Assembly: GCA_964016885.1 (NCBI GenBank)
Contig: OZ024740.1
Coordinates: 155,496,001-155,560,000, forward strand
DNA: 64,000 nt
Direction of reading: 5' to 3'
Origin: Eledone cirrhosa
Taxonomy: Eukaryota
Below are positions 37,720 to 49,655 of the stretch, one piece after another. The stretch's first letter is position 1. Every line of letters starts with the position of its first letter. The position numbers and the translations under genes were made by a program. The notes under the pieces were generated by a model. The model was not told the DNA's origin, ran no database searches, and was given only the letters and a program-made list of their open reading frames with translations.

Positions 37720-40600
37720 ACCAATTAATGGTAGGGTCTAAGCCGTATGAAGAACTCAATGTAATCCGTATGTAGAAGATGTCGTGAAGCAAAGTTTAAA
37801 ATACAAAATTTTCAACAATATAATTCATTGGATACAGATTCAAAAATACAAATAGTAAAAACAATAAAATTAAACAAAAAACGGTTAATTCATAGTAAAA
37901 CTCATTATTTTACGATCGTTTCTGGGGTGTAGTTCCCTGTATGTCCATGCTATTATTGATCTATGTAAAATATATTACAAAATATCATATATTCTCTAAA
38001 AATCATCAATCCTAATGCTTCTGAATATTTCTATACTACTAACCATATGAAAACACCTAACTCCACTAATCTTAAAAAAGCAGGTAATAATCTTATATCT
38101 TAATTCTCACAATAAACCTAATGATATATTACCTATTTCATTGAACCCTCAACCTAACCAAACTACATCCTTACAATCCAAAAAACCAGAGAAACATATC
38201 CGAACTACTGTAAATAACAAGAATACCAAAATTCCAGGTCATATCAATAAGGCTCCATTAATAAAACTCACAATATCCTCTATAAATCAAACAAAAAGCA
38301 ATAAATAAAAACTAATACAATTCAAAATTCTACTAGACAATTAGTTCACACCCATAATAACAATCACAATATTATTGTATCATCTGATAACAATATCTAC
38401 CCTCAAACTTCTATACATACCCAATATAATAAGAGGAAACCAATTAGAATCCATAAAAGAAACGTCCATTTAACTTACAAACTATGGGCCAAATCCCTAA
38501 AAAATGTTTTACAATGCTTGATAAACATTTCCCACCTAACCATAAATACCATCAAATCTTAAACAGATATACAGTAAAATTTTCTTACTCCACATCGAGC
38601 AATATACAACAAAAGATAAGTGCATATAACATCTATAAATGTAAAAAAGCTCCATGTATACCACTCACAAGATAACTACGGTAATACTACAACACATAAC
38701 CAGAATATTATTACATATCCACCTGTTACATCCGCTCACTCACCTCACCAACACAATACATCAGCCTACAACCAACTAATATCTTCCTCATCCTTAATAG
38801 GGACTAAGAATTACATACCCAATCTAACCAATAACTTCCAAAACAACCATGATTCTATAAACTCTATATCCAGTATAATTTCACCAACTAACAACCCTTC
38901 GGGCCGTGACCACCCAACCGTAAACCCTTCTCTCCCATATAAAAAGGTAGATACAAATACTAGCACTATTATTGGGTATATGGATAGCACATGTAATTGT
39001 AGAGAAAAAGATAATTGCCCCTTAAATGGAAATTGCTTAATTAATAATATACTATATAAATGTATAATCACCACTAAGGACTCTAATCAATCCTATATAG
39101 GATCCACTTCTAATCTGTTTAAATCGAGATTTTATGCACACACCCACCGTTTCCGAAACACAAAATTAGTTAATACCACTTCTTTAGCAGAAGCAGTTAA
39201 TAATTGTAAAAAGAAGAATATTAAATATAACCTAACTTGGAAGATTCTCAAGAGAGCCTTTTCTTATCAGGGCAATAGAAAGGAGTGTGGACTATGTTCC
39301 CAAGAAATGTTTGAAATTACTAAATCGAAGGACACTCTATTAAATAAAAGACAGGAATTAATTATAGCATGTAACCATAGAATCAGAAGGACATTCAAAT
39401 ATTGTAAATACAACTAAACAAATATAGAAAAAGATATAGGAGAAAATGTGTGTGTGGGTGGGTGGGTGTATATGTGTATATATATATGTATGTGTATACA
39501 TAGGTGTGTGCCTCTATATATACATGGGTGTATGCATATGTATATGTGTGTGTGTATATAATGTGAGTGTGTATGTACGTGTATGTATGTATGTATATAT
39601 ATATATATGTGTGTATATATATATATGTGAGTGTGTATGTACGTGTATGTATGTATGTATATATCTATATATTTGTGTATATATATATATTTTCTGCTAG
39701 TAGAATTAATCCATGGATTAAATCCAAGATCTCATCTCTATAACTGTTTTAAGTAATTAACTATAAATGAACACTATATATTACATTATTTTCAACAATC
39801 TAACAAAACTTTTAGTTGATATGCATTTAAATCCCCTTTTAAAAAAAAAAAACAGATTATTAATGTGATTTCTTATTCAAAAATATAATTCCCTACAGGT
39901 AAGACTTCTTTCTAACCACTCTAACACAATACAATACTTACACAAACTTTAGTATTTTCTTACCTATATAGAATTTTATCTATTTTTCATCTAAATTTTA
40001 CTTTCCTTTGGTTCCATTTATATTCCTCTACTTATTCTATTATTATTTTTTTAGAACAATTTATTCCCCTCAACAAAGAAATAACAAATATTTAGGATTG
40101 TTCTATACTATTCTACTTGATGTCACACACTCGTTTCTGCACCCTATTTCCTCCAACTATAATCTTCTTTGACCATCAACACTTTTATATACAATATGTC
40201 TAAATTCTTCCTTTCTTTTCTTAAAAGTCATTTGATACTTCATCCCCTGACTGTTTATTTATTCATATACTACTACCAACTTAAGGATCTATATTGCCCA
40301 TTCCTATTCTTACTATTGGTCAACTTCAACCTGGTTTATAAAACGTTACGTATTCATATATGTGTTTTTTTGTATTCTTCAATAAACAAAACTCATTATT
40401 TCTGAAGCTGGAGGGTAGTGAAGACATATGTATATTTTCTTACTATGATATTTTGTAATATATTTTACATAGATCAATAATAGAATGGACATACGGGGTG
40501 GGTGGAACTACCCCCCCCCCCCAGAAACGATCGTAAAATAATGAGTTTTACTATGAATTAACCGTTTTTTGTTTAATTTCATTGTTTTCACTATTTGTAT
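37720..40600 (+). mobile_element. 5'-truncated Penelope-like element with GIY-YIG endonuclease region and inverted pseudo-LTR
   Basis: ORFs 38484-38675 (LDKHFPPNHKYHQILNR.TVK.SYS) and 38620-39417 (CNCR...CPL.GNC, ILY, SYIGST, FKSR, CGLC, LLNKR.E, CNH); inverted repeat 37846-37989 / 40444-40600. Confidence 0.9.
40388..40549 (+). ncRNA. Variant type I hammerhead (CUGAAGC core, stem II about 115 nt)
   Basis: 14-bp stem I aaaactcattattt/aaataatgagtttt; ctgaagc; tgg-ag-ggtagt...actacc..cca; GAAA; ACGATCGT palindrome; GUA triplet. Confidence 0.65.
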
Positions 40601-40619
40601 ATATATATATATATATATA

Positions 40620-42961
40620 GGAAAACCGTGATATTGTCGGGGAGAAGTGTGTACTTAACGATGATGGCATACTTGCCATCACCGACGCCGATAAGAAGGT
40701 AGCTTGGAAGTGTCACTATGAAAGGCTTCTAAATGAGGAGAACAAATGGGAGAAAGACAGTCTCCCCCAGATCGATCCAATAGAGGGACCAGCAGTGTTA
40801 GTTGAAGGTAGTATAATAAGTAAGGCAATCAAAGATATGAAGACGGGTAAGGCGGCTGGGCCTTCGGAAATAGTTGCTGAGATGCTGAAGGCATCTGGTT
40901 CGGTGGGACACACCATGGTCACCCGGATAGTTAACCAAGTCGTACAGAATGGGGTTGTTCCGAAGGAATGGCGTAGCAGCATCATCGTTAACTGCTATAA
41001 GGGAAAAGGAGATGCCCTAGATAGAGGTAACTATAGAGGCATTAAATTAATCGACCAGGTCATGAAGGTCACGGAAAAAGTAATAGCGCAACTAATCAGA
41101 GAGAGAATTGATCTAGATGAAATGCAGTTCGGGTTTGTGTCAGGCAAAAGTACCACAGACGCTCTTTTCATTGTACGACAACTACAGGAGAAGTACCTAG
41201 CTAAAAGTAAACCCCTATACTTAGCTTTCGTCGACTTGGAGAAAGCCTTCGACAGAGTCCCCCGTTCCATTATCTGGTGGTCTCTTAGAAAACTAGGTGT
41301 TGACGAATGGCTTGTGAGAGCTATACAAGCCATGTATAAAGAAACAGTCAGTAAGGTTAGAATTAACAACGAATATAGTGAAGAGTTTAGCGTAAAAGTT
41401 GGTGTCCATCAGGGCTCTGTTCTTAGCCCCCTACTATTTATTATTGCCCTTCAGGCTATAACAGAGGAGTTCAAGACCGGCTGCCCATGGGAACTCCTAT
41501 ACGCAGATGATCTAACGCTCATAGCTGAATCAATGACCGAACTAGAGAAGAAATTCCAAACATGGAAGCACGGCCTAGAATCAAAAGGCCTTAAAATTAA
41601 CCTGGCTAAGACTAAAGTTCTAGTTTGTAGGAAAGAAAATAAGGCGGCGGTCCCATCCGGGAAATGGCCATGCTCAGTGTGTAGGAAAGGCGTAGGTAGA
41701 AACTCCATTTTATGTCCCAAATGCAAAGTATGGGTGCATAAAAGATGTAGTGGGATCACAGGTAAGCTAACTAAGAACATAGATTTTACATGTGGCCGGT
41801 GCTCTGGTGCAATAAGTAGCAGCAAGTGCCCACAAAATACTAGCTCCTTCAACTGCGCAGAGGGTTCTATAGAAATAGTGGACAGCTTCCGTTATCTGGG
41901 TGACAAAATCAGCAGTGGGGGAGGGTGCTCTGAAAGTACAGTAGCTAGAGTCAGAACTGGATGGAAAAAGTTCAGAGAGCTTATACCACTATTAGCCGCT
42001 AGAGGGTTCTCCCTAAAAATGAAAGGCAGGTTATACGATGCCTGCATACGAACAGCAATGCTGCATGGCAGTGAGATCTGGGCATTGTGTGCAGAGGATA
42101 TACGCAGACTAGAGAGGAACGAAGCTTGCATGCTCCGCTGGATGTGCAATAGTAATATACGTGAACGGCAAAGCATAAACGAACTAAGGAAAAAATTAGA
42201 AATAAGAGGGATCAGATGTTGTTTACTCGAGAGAAGGCTACGTTGGTACGGTCACGTGATGCGCATGAAAGACGACAGCTGTATAACAAAGTGCAGGGCA
42301 ATAAAGATAGACGGTAGCCACGGAGTAGGCAGACCCAGAAAAACATGGGACGAGCTGATAAATTCCGACCTCACACGCTTACACCTCTCCAAGACAATGT
42401 CACTGGACCGAGACCTTTGGCGGTACTCAGTAATAGAGAAGACCCGCCTTACCTAAATACAAAGTAAAAACCTACTACAGTCAGTAGGCATCTCTATCAA
42501 AACACACCCCCGTCCCACCACCTCCACCCCACCCATACCGCCCCTTTCAATGTAAAGTTATGTTGGTCCCACAACATCCAGGCCGAAACAAATGAGATCG
42601 TGTAGGTGTCACGACAAAAAAAACACACAGTCCACGCTGTAAATGTGGCCGTGTAGGCAACACGGTAAAAACCTCCCAGTCCCACACTGTAAATGTGGTT
42701 GGTGTTAGGAAGGGCATCCAGCTGTAGAAAACCCGCCAGACAGTCCACGCTGTAATGTGGCCGTGTAGGCAACACGGTAAAAACCTCCCAGCCCCACACT
42801 GTAAATGTGGTTGGTGTTAGGAAGGGCATCCAACTGTAGAAAACCCGCCAGACAGTCCTATGCGAGCAAGACAACCACTCTTGCCTCAAGTGGGAAAACC
42901 CCCGTCCAAACCCATGCAAGCGTGGAACACGGACGCTAAACCTGATGATGATGATGATGAT
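40620..42961 (+). mobile_element. Young 5'-truncated PHD-RT RTE LINE (subfamily A)
   Basis: Uninterrupted frame 40621-42456; duplicated 3'UTR block; (GAT)n tail; (TA)n on both sides. Confidence 0.96.
40621..42456 (+). CDS. Reverse transcriptase with embedded C4HC3 PHD finger (5'-truncated, no APE domain, no native start codon)
   Basis: QFGF, FVDLEKAFD, GVHQGSVLSP, LLYADD, PHD, FRYLG, RWYGHV motifs in one frame. Confidence 0.9.
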   Translation, partial: ENRDIVGEKCVLNDDGILAITDADKKVAWKCHYERLLNEENKWEKDSLPQIDPIEGPAVLVEGSIISKAIKDMKTGKAAGPSEIVAEMLKASGSVGHTMVTRIVNQVVQNGVVPKEWRSSIIVNCYKGKGDALDRGNYRGIKLIDQVMKVTEKVIAQLIRERIDLDEMQFGFVSGKSTTDALFIVRQLQEKYLAKSKPLYLAFVDLEKAFDRVPRSIIWWSLRKLGVDEWLVRAIQAMYKETVSKVRINNEYSEEFSVKVGVHQGSVLSPLLFIIALQAITEEFKTGCPWELLYADDLTLIAESMTELEKKFQTWKHGLESKGLKINLAKTKVLVCRKENKAAVPSGKWPCSVCRKGVGRNSILCPKCKVWVHKRCSGITGKLTKNIDFTCGRCSGAISSSKCPQNTSSFNCAEGSIEIVDSFRYLGDKISSGGGCSESTVARVRTGWKKFRELIPLLAARGFSLKMKGRLYDACIRTAMLHGSEIWALCAEDIRRLERNEACMLRWMCNSNIRERQSINELRKKLEIRGIRCCLLERRLRWYGHVMRMKDDSCITKCRAIKIDGSHGVGRPRKTWDELINSDLTRLHLSKTMSLDRDLWRYSVIEKTRLT

Positions 42962-42971
42962 ATATATATAT

Positions 42972-43505
42972 TTAATACATTAACAGAGAAAGCTTTAAGC
43001 AATACTCCGACCGGCTTCCGTCTCACTCAACAAACATTAGGATATACCTTAGTATAATCCCAATTATACGTTTGGGGTGCTAACTTTACGTATTTTGCGG
43101 ATAGCCAGTAGTATTATTTTATATGAGACATAATTAAAATACATCTCCCTTTCCAAACGATCGTTTCATTATAAGTTTTTTACAAATTGGGAAAATAATG
43201 TCCAGGTTATGTAGAAGCCTACACATAGTCCATAGGAATATATGTAGGTGGGCACTTATAAATCATCAGTGGATACCCGACAATATCGATATAAAAAAAA
43301 CCTTACCGATATTAATGTTCAGCGATGGTACCCGACCGTGCTAGAATGACCGCCAAATTTGAAATTCCAGCAGTCTCACAATGAGGAATCTCACACTGCC
43401 ACCAAGCGAAAAGGGGAGGTCATCGCAAAACATAAAAGAATAAAATAATATGCACGCGAGTCAATTAATTCTTTCAATAATTTTAACCATGCGTGAAGAA
43501 CTCAA
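42972..43505 (-). mobile_element. Non-coding PLE pseudo-LTR or retrozyme-like insert bounded by (TA)n
   Basis: Contains a complete minus-strand hammerhead; no long ORF. Confidence 0.6.
43152..43273 (-). ncRNA. Type I hammerhead ribozyme with stem II of about 95 nt
   Basis: Reverse complement: tcca-CTGATGA-tttataag...cttataat-GAAA-CGATCG-TT-tgga. Confidence 0.8.
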
Positions 43506-43520
43506 TATATATATATATAT

Positions 43521-43685
43521 ATCATCATTTCATTTTACGTCCGCTTCTCCCTGCTTGCAAGGGTGGGACGGGAGCTGATTCTGGCTTGATTTCTACAGCT
43601 GGATGCCCTTCCTAACACCAACCTCATTTACAGTGAGTGCTGGGTGCTTTTTTGCCGTGGCACCTCCACGACCACTTTACAGTGG
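43521..43685 (-). mobile_element. Short retroposed LINE/SINE 3' tail; shorter relatives at 51655-51717 and 59237-59302
   Basis: ttttacgtcc..ccctgcttgcaagggtgggacggg..ttctacagctggatgcccttcctaacacc. Confidence 0.75.
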
Positions 43686-43747
43686 AATGATAGGGATACC
43701 AGTCCCTATCATCTCATTTCTACAGCTGAGTAAACTGTAGATATATA

Positions 43748-43831
43748 TAATATAGAAATGGCATCTACAGGACTAGAACTGTTTCCTTCAAATGAAACAG
43801 TTCTAGTCCTGTAGATGCCATTTCTATATTA
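43748..43831. repeat. Perfect 38-bp inverted repeat with 8-nt loop
   Basis: taatatagaaatggcatctacaggactagaactgtttc-cttcaaat-gaaacagttctagtcctgtagatgccatttctatatta. Confidence 0.95.
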
Positions 43832-43894
43832 AATATTTATTCTCTGCTATGTATTCAGTACTTTACTGTGGTTACCCCCGATTGATTCTGGGAG

Positions 43895-43935
<41 letters not shown>

Positions 43936-46189
43936 CATATATTCATATATTTACATATACATTCAAACTGATGGCATTCATACACACATTCAATTCAGTA
44001 GAATTCATACACATACATATATTAAAGTTGCTAGGACACATCTACATACACATACATATATTAAAGTTGATAGCATTCATACACATTCAAATTGATAGCA
44101 TTGATTCAAATTATGATAATTACATTTAGAAATGTAGCAGAGAAGATAAAGCTAAATTACAGGCAAGTACAGGCAGTTAAATATATGTCTACTATCATAA
44201 CAAAGTATTTAATGTCTATTTTACTATTTTCCACATGTTTAGGCATCTGTTTCATTGACTCAATGATATGCAAAAGCTAAATCTTATGTTTTTTGAAGTT
44301 TTCCTCCCTTCCCTGCTTTGTTTTTAAGTGTTATATGTATCAAGCAAATATGTGTGTATAATACACACACGCACACACACGTGTACACATAAAGACACAT
44401 GTAGACATTCATTCACAAACACACACACAGGCACACAAACCACAAACACACCCATAGTAATCATGGCAAATAAATTAGCCATTAAGTAAAGTGTAAATGA
44501 AAACAAAAACCAAAACAATAACAGACTTAAGTAATACTCTAATGTGATATTTTTCATCTTTCTCTCTCTCCATCTTTCAAAGAGAATACTGGGGAATAAT
44601 CTTAATGGTAATGCTCACAATTTTATACGGTCGACTCATACCTTCCTTTTAAAAGGTTAGACTTGAAGTTCTGTTGAAGCAAACATGAAAAAACTTTCTT
44701 AATAAACTGAAGTTCTGCTCCTTTTTTAACCCTTTCATTACCATATTTCTGATGAAAGAAATTGCCTATTATTTTCAAATCATTTTGAAAATAATCAAGC
44801 ATTTGGAGGGCTTTAGTAATATAACTAAATTTGGAAACTAATAACAAAGAATCGTAGAATTATGATAGAATGCTTTTAGATAAATAAGCACACTTCTTTG
44901 AATAAACCTGCTGGGTATTTTTAAAAAATAATAATTCTGACATCTTTGTATGTCTTGTGAGACCATAAGATCTGCAACTGAAATATTCCTCTCTAAACTG
45001 CAGGCATGGGCAAAATTTCTTTTCTTTTTTTTTTTGTGGAACACTAGCAGGTGTCCATGCATGAACGTCCCCTACTTCCAAATTTCTAATGTTGTACATC
45101 TAATGTTGTATCCATATGCATGGATACAGTTTGGCCCCAATGGTGTCTTAAGCGAATTCATAATGCAAAGTCTTATGTCTGGCACTCTTAACAATTTTGT
45201 CAATCTACCACTCTGGACTGATATTTTGTTGATCAACCATAAAATTATGAAAGGTATAAAGCTGAAACAAATATGAGCAAAAACACATTCAAACTGTGTC
45301 TTTGGACATATAAACTTGCATATCTGAAGAGATGCCGAGGCAAAGTTGGGTCCCAGGTCATTATGATTGTACCCTGAGCTAATTGATATTGAAACAATTG
45401 TAATATACAAATAAAGTTTATATATATGCTGCAACACTGATTTCAATCCTGCTTATTTTATATATATGCAAGCATGGAAAAGCAGATGTAAAAACAATGA
45501 TGATGATGATGATGATATATATATATATCATCATCATCGTTTAATGTCCATTTTTCCATGCTGGCATGGGTTAGATGAGTTATCCTGTTGTGAGCAATGC
45601 TATGTCACATGACCATGTCATGCTCATATATATATATATATACACACACAGCAAAACAGTAACATGAGACAGATAACTGCCTCCTTAGACCTTTTCAGCA
45701 AATTTCTGGTGTGAAATTTTGCACATAAGGGCAAGATTGCACTTGTAACACCAATTTGCACAACTGATTAGAAAACCGCTGTGTTGGTATGACTAGATAT
45801 CATAACATAGAATGGACAGAAAAATTACAAATGTCTTTCAAATAAAAACAGAAAAACACATAAAATATTGAATATTAAAATTAATATATATGCGCACACA
45901 CATATCGAGCCAATGAAATGGCAGTGTTCTTGACACTTTTCATGGCCTCCAAGATTAGTGGGAGAAAACGAGGAAGGTATCCTCAAACCAAAAACCTGGC
46001 CCAAATGTGGGGAGGGGTGTTAAACCAGGCAATGGATTAAGTCTATCACTCAAGTAGATCTCAGCATGATTTGAATTCAGAATGCAAAGAGCCAAAAAAT
46101 ACCACAAGGCATTTTGTCCTGTGCCCTAAAAGACACTGATTTCACAAATACCCACTCTACCAGCTTTCTAAGTGTCTGTCTTAAGCCAT

Positions 46190-46457
46190 TTAAGGCTCAT
46201 TAGGACGGTGCTTATCCCAGTTTCATGGCATGAAGCGACTGAGAGTATAACAAGACTTCCCCCTGGACAGGACGCCAGTTCATTGCAGGGTTAAATCCCC
46301 AGCTATTGCTGGTACTCATTTTCAGCTGAGTATACTGGAGCAATGTGAAATGAAGTATTTTGCTCAAAAACACAACATGCAACACAGCCCAAGAATCAAA
46401 CCCATGACATTATGATCGTAAGTCCAACACCCTTACCACTAGGCCACATGCTTCCAC
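46190..46457 (-). mobile_element. Family B SINE
   Basis: Reverse-complement match to 5707-5980. Confidence 0.82.
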
Positions 46458-46942
46458 CTACCTCCTTTCCTTCCCATAAATTTGAGTTATTGGTATCTAT
46501 GTTAAAATTATAGTTCATTATGCCGTACTAATTATTGAAGCAGACACCATGACAAATAAAGACTAAATGACCCTACAACCACTCACATTTCATAAGTGCT
46601 CTACAGGTTATTGTGACCACCATTATTCATGTATCATTCTATTTTATCTAATATGTCTATTATATTATCCATAAACTTATTTGCACTCACTCATCCATAA
46701 ACCTATTTCATTATTTCTTTTTTTTTTTTGCTGGTAATAAAAAATGCATGTGTCAAACTTATTATCTTAGCTTCTCAATATTTATTTTAGAAACTAATAA
46801 ACAATAAATATATTCATATTGTTGTCACTAAGTTGTTGTGACAATACATTTATTGTTTGTAGTTGTTATTGTTGTTTAGCAACAGGTCACCATGGTTGAA
46901 CAAACACTATCAAGTGTTTCAGTCTTGAACAGCCTGTCCTTT

Positions 46943-46980
<38 letters not shown>

Positions 46981-47979
46981 AATATATAGAAGACTTTATT
47001 GTCCAATGTGCCTTCCCTTTTTAAACACAGTAAGGAAAGATTTCGAGGAAATTTGGCTAATATTTCTAGCAGGTCAAGAAACCATATAGAAAGCCTAATA
47101 TCTGGAGTTTATCCTGATTTTGTGGTATTAAGTGGCTGAGAACAGAAAACCTCTACTTGGTTGGGACACAAGTCCATTAAAACATTAATAATCAGATACT
47201 GGTACTCATTTTTCCACTGAATGAACTGAAAAAATATGAAATAAGAGTCATGCTTAAGGACACATTGCACTATCCAGCCTGGAAATCAAACCCAAACCAT
47301 GTGATCCTGAACCCAACATGTAAACCACTAACTAGGCCACATACCATCAAATGTATTTGGGTAGTATAATTAATTCCATATGCCTTACTTCATATAATCA
47401 TTAGAAAGAGGTACCAGATCATTTAGGGAATATTATCTTAACCAGGTGCATATTCATATCTTCTTGGCTTAACATTCTGTATAAAAAGTTAATTACTTTC
47501 TCTTAAGCCCCCTCCCAATTACTTCCCCTTAAAACCGCCTTCTGAGCATAGTAAGTAAGCTTTGTATTAAAAGTTATAATTTTTTTACTGAAAGATGATG
47601 TGGTTCCTCTGCCTATATGCTAAATCAGAGTTGACTTGGGAGGTTACACAACAACAACAAGATAACATGGCTTGTTGGAACTTAATTTCTAGGTGTTAAA
47701 TGGTCATAAATCATATCTCATTGACTGGATAAGACATCAGTCTATTTATTTATAGGTTTGGCAACTAATCATTGCAAGCTAACAAAACAATCTTTAATTT
47801 CACAGAAATCCTGCAGATTATAGCAGTTTGCATTTTTGGTATTTTCTCATTAGAGATGTTATAAACACAATCTAATATATTTTTGAACAGAAAGTTGATC
47901 CTTTCAGCATTTTCTTTCTATGAATTCTGTATTAACATTTATACATGTTTGTGTGTGTGCATATGAACTTCAACATGAC

Positions 47980-47981
<2 letters not shown>

Positions 47982-48021
<40 letters not shown>

Positions 48022-48162
48022 CATGTACACACACATACACACAAACACACACACACATATATATATACATATATACACATACATATATATATATACACAC
48101 ACATATATATATATACATACATATATATACACACACATACATACACACACACACATATATAT

Positions 48163-48193
<31 letters not shown>

Positions 48194-48201
48194 CACACAC
48201 C

Positions 48202-48235
<34 letters not shown>

Positions 48236-48290
48236 CATACATATATATATACACATATATATATGTATATATATACACATATATATATAT
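47982..48290. repeat. (TA)/(CA) compound microsatellite
   Basis: Directly visible. Confidence 0.95.
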
Positions 48291-49320
48291 ATTGTTATAC
48301 TTTGGGAGGGTCATGTTGCCAATAAGAAACACACGCACCAGTTGCTTTCACTCCAATTTACTGTAAATTAATACAACCCCTAGAGGTGAATTAGCTTACA
48401 AATTTAGAAGGGCCCTAGATAAACTTAAACTTAATATTAAGAGAGTAGAAAGACCAGGTACCTCCATAAAAACACTTAGTAATACATACCCTTTTCAAAG
48501 ACCTCCCTGTATAGATAAGAAATGCATAATCTGTAAACTAAGCCCCCATATTAACTGTAAAACTAGAAACATAGTATATAGCATAGGATGTACTGAAGGA
48601 AAATGTAAAGATAAGAATATAGTGTACATAGGTGAGACAGCTCGTAGTATAGGAGAACGGTTAAATGAACACTGGTGAGAGCTTCAAGATAGAAAAGAAT
48701 CATCAGTACTCCAACATGCTAAAATAGAACATAAGGGCAAATTAAAGAACATAGAAATAAAAATAAAATCTACACACAGAAAAGACGCAATGTTTAGACA
48801 AATCACAGAGGCAATAAACACAAATGAACTCCAACCAAAATTAAATAGAAAACATGAATGGAATAGCAACATCGCAACTTACAATTAAGGACAAAATGAA
48901 AAACACACACATAGAACAAACAACCAACCAGTAACATGTAAATAAACAAATAAAAACACACACAGACACCCGGATGTAACATGCGCAAACTAAGTACACA
49001 ACACACACAAAAACAAGATGGCGTATGACAGAACAAAGGAGAGTCACAAAACAAAGAAAAGAATTCCCAGTCACTGAAGAGGTCACAGAATGTGTGACGC
49101 AAGAACTTTGACAATATATGAACAACAGTCCAGTTGTGGAACCAACCAACCAACCGGAAATTTATAAATTTTTTTTATTTTTAATTTACAATAAATTGGA
49201 GTGAAAGCAACTGGTGCGTGTGTTTCTTATTGGCAACATGACCCTCCCAAAGTATAACAATATCGGTTTCAACACACGTTTTCAGATAAAGAATCTTGCT
49301 AAGCAAATTCAGAAACGAAA
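48291..49320 (+). mobile_element. 5'-truncated Penelope-like element of a different clade (Naiad-like GIY-YIG) with inverted pseudo-LTR piece
   Basis: Frame 48373-48888: TPRGELA..VERPG..C.DKKC..C..NCKTRNIVYSIGC..C..VYIGETARSIGERLNEHW*..QHAKIEH..RQITEA..LNRKHEW; inverted repeat 48291-48371 / 49181-49261. Confidence 0.88.
49070..49112 (+). ncRNA. Degenerate type I hammerhead (GAAA changed to GCAA)
   Basis: gtca-CTGAAGA-ggtcaca gaatg tgtgac-GCAA-gaac-TT-tgac, in the PLE 3' region. Confidence 0.55.
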
Positions 49321-49332
49321 TATATATATATA

Positions 49333-49585
49333 TAAGTAGAAGTTGTATTTAATTTGTTGGAAGTCCGACAAACATAAATGTTTATAACTGATTTAGAGAA
49401 CTCAACAAGTTACTGGAGTAAATATACCGATAAGGTATGATTTTCATGGGTACGTCTATTTATAAAACAAACTTTGTATTTTATCTGATGAAAGCGTACC
49501 AATGTTGTTGGTTGCCCTTGAAATATATATAATAAAATAATTATAGATTTATAAATATAGTTTCCATTTATTTAATATCATTGTA
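49333..49585 (+). mobile_element. Short non-coding hammerhead-bearing repeat (same family as 51260-51654)
   Basis: Shared blocks with 51260-51654 and 36587-36732; (TA)n flanks. Confidence 0.75.
49477..49539 (+). ncRNA. Type I hammerhead with (AU)n palindromic stem III
   Basis: tattttat-CTGATGA-aagcgtaccaa..ttggttgccctt-GAAA-TATATA-TA-ataaaata. Confidence 0.8.
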
Positions 49586-49655
49586 TATATATATACATAT
49601 ATATATATATATAAGAGAGTATTGAAGTTTGCTTGAAGCATTGTGGAATAATAAG

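Noticed and set aside
44838-45446. Cluster of 74-124 aa ORFs in non-repetitive-looking DNA
   Set aside because: No recognisable motif; possibly a decayed transposon, but unsupported
49010-49060. SECIS element (ATGA...AAA...GA) after the Naiad-like ORF
   Set aside because: Helix II spacing and pairing do not fit by eye
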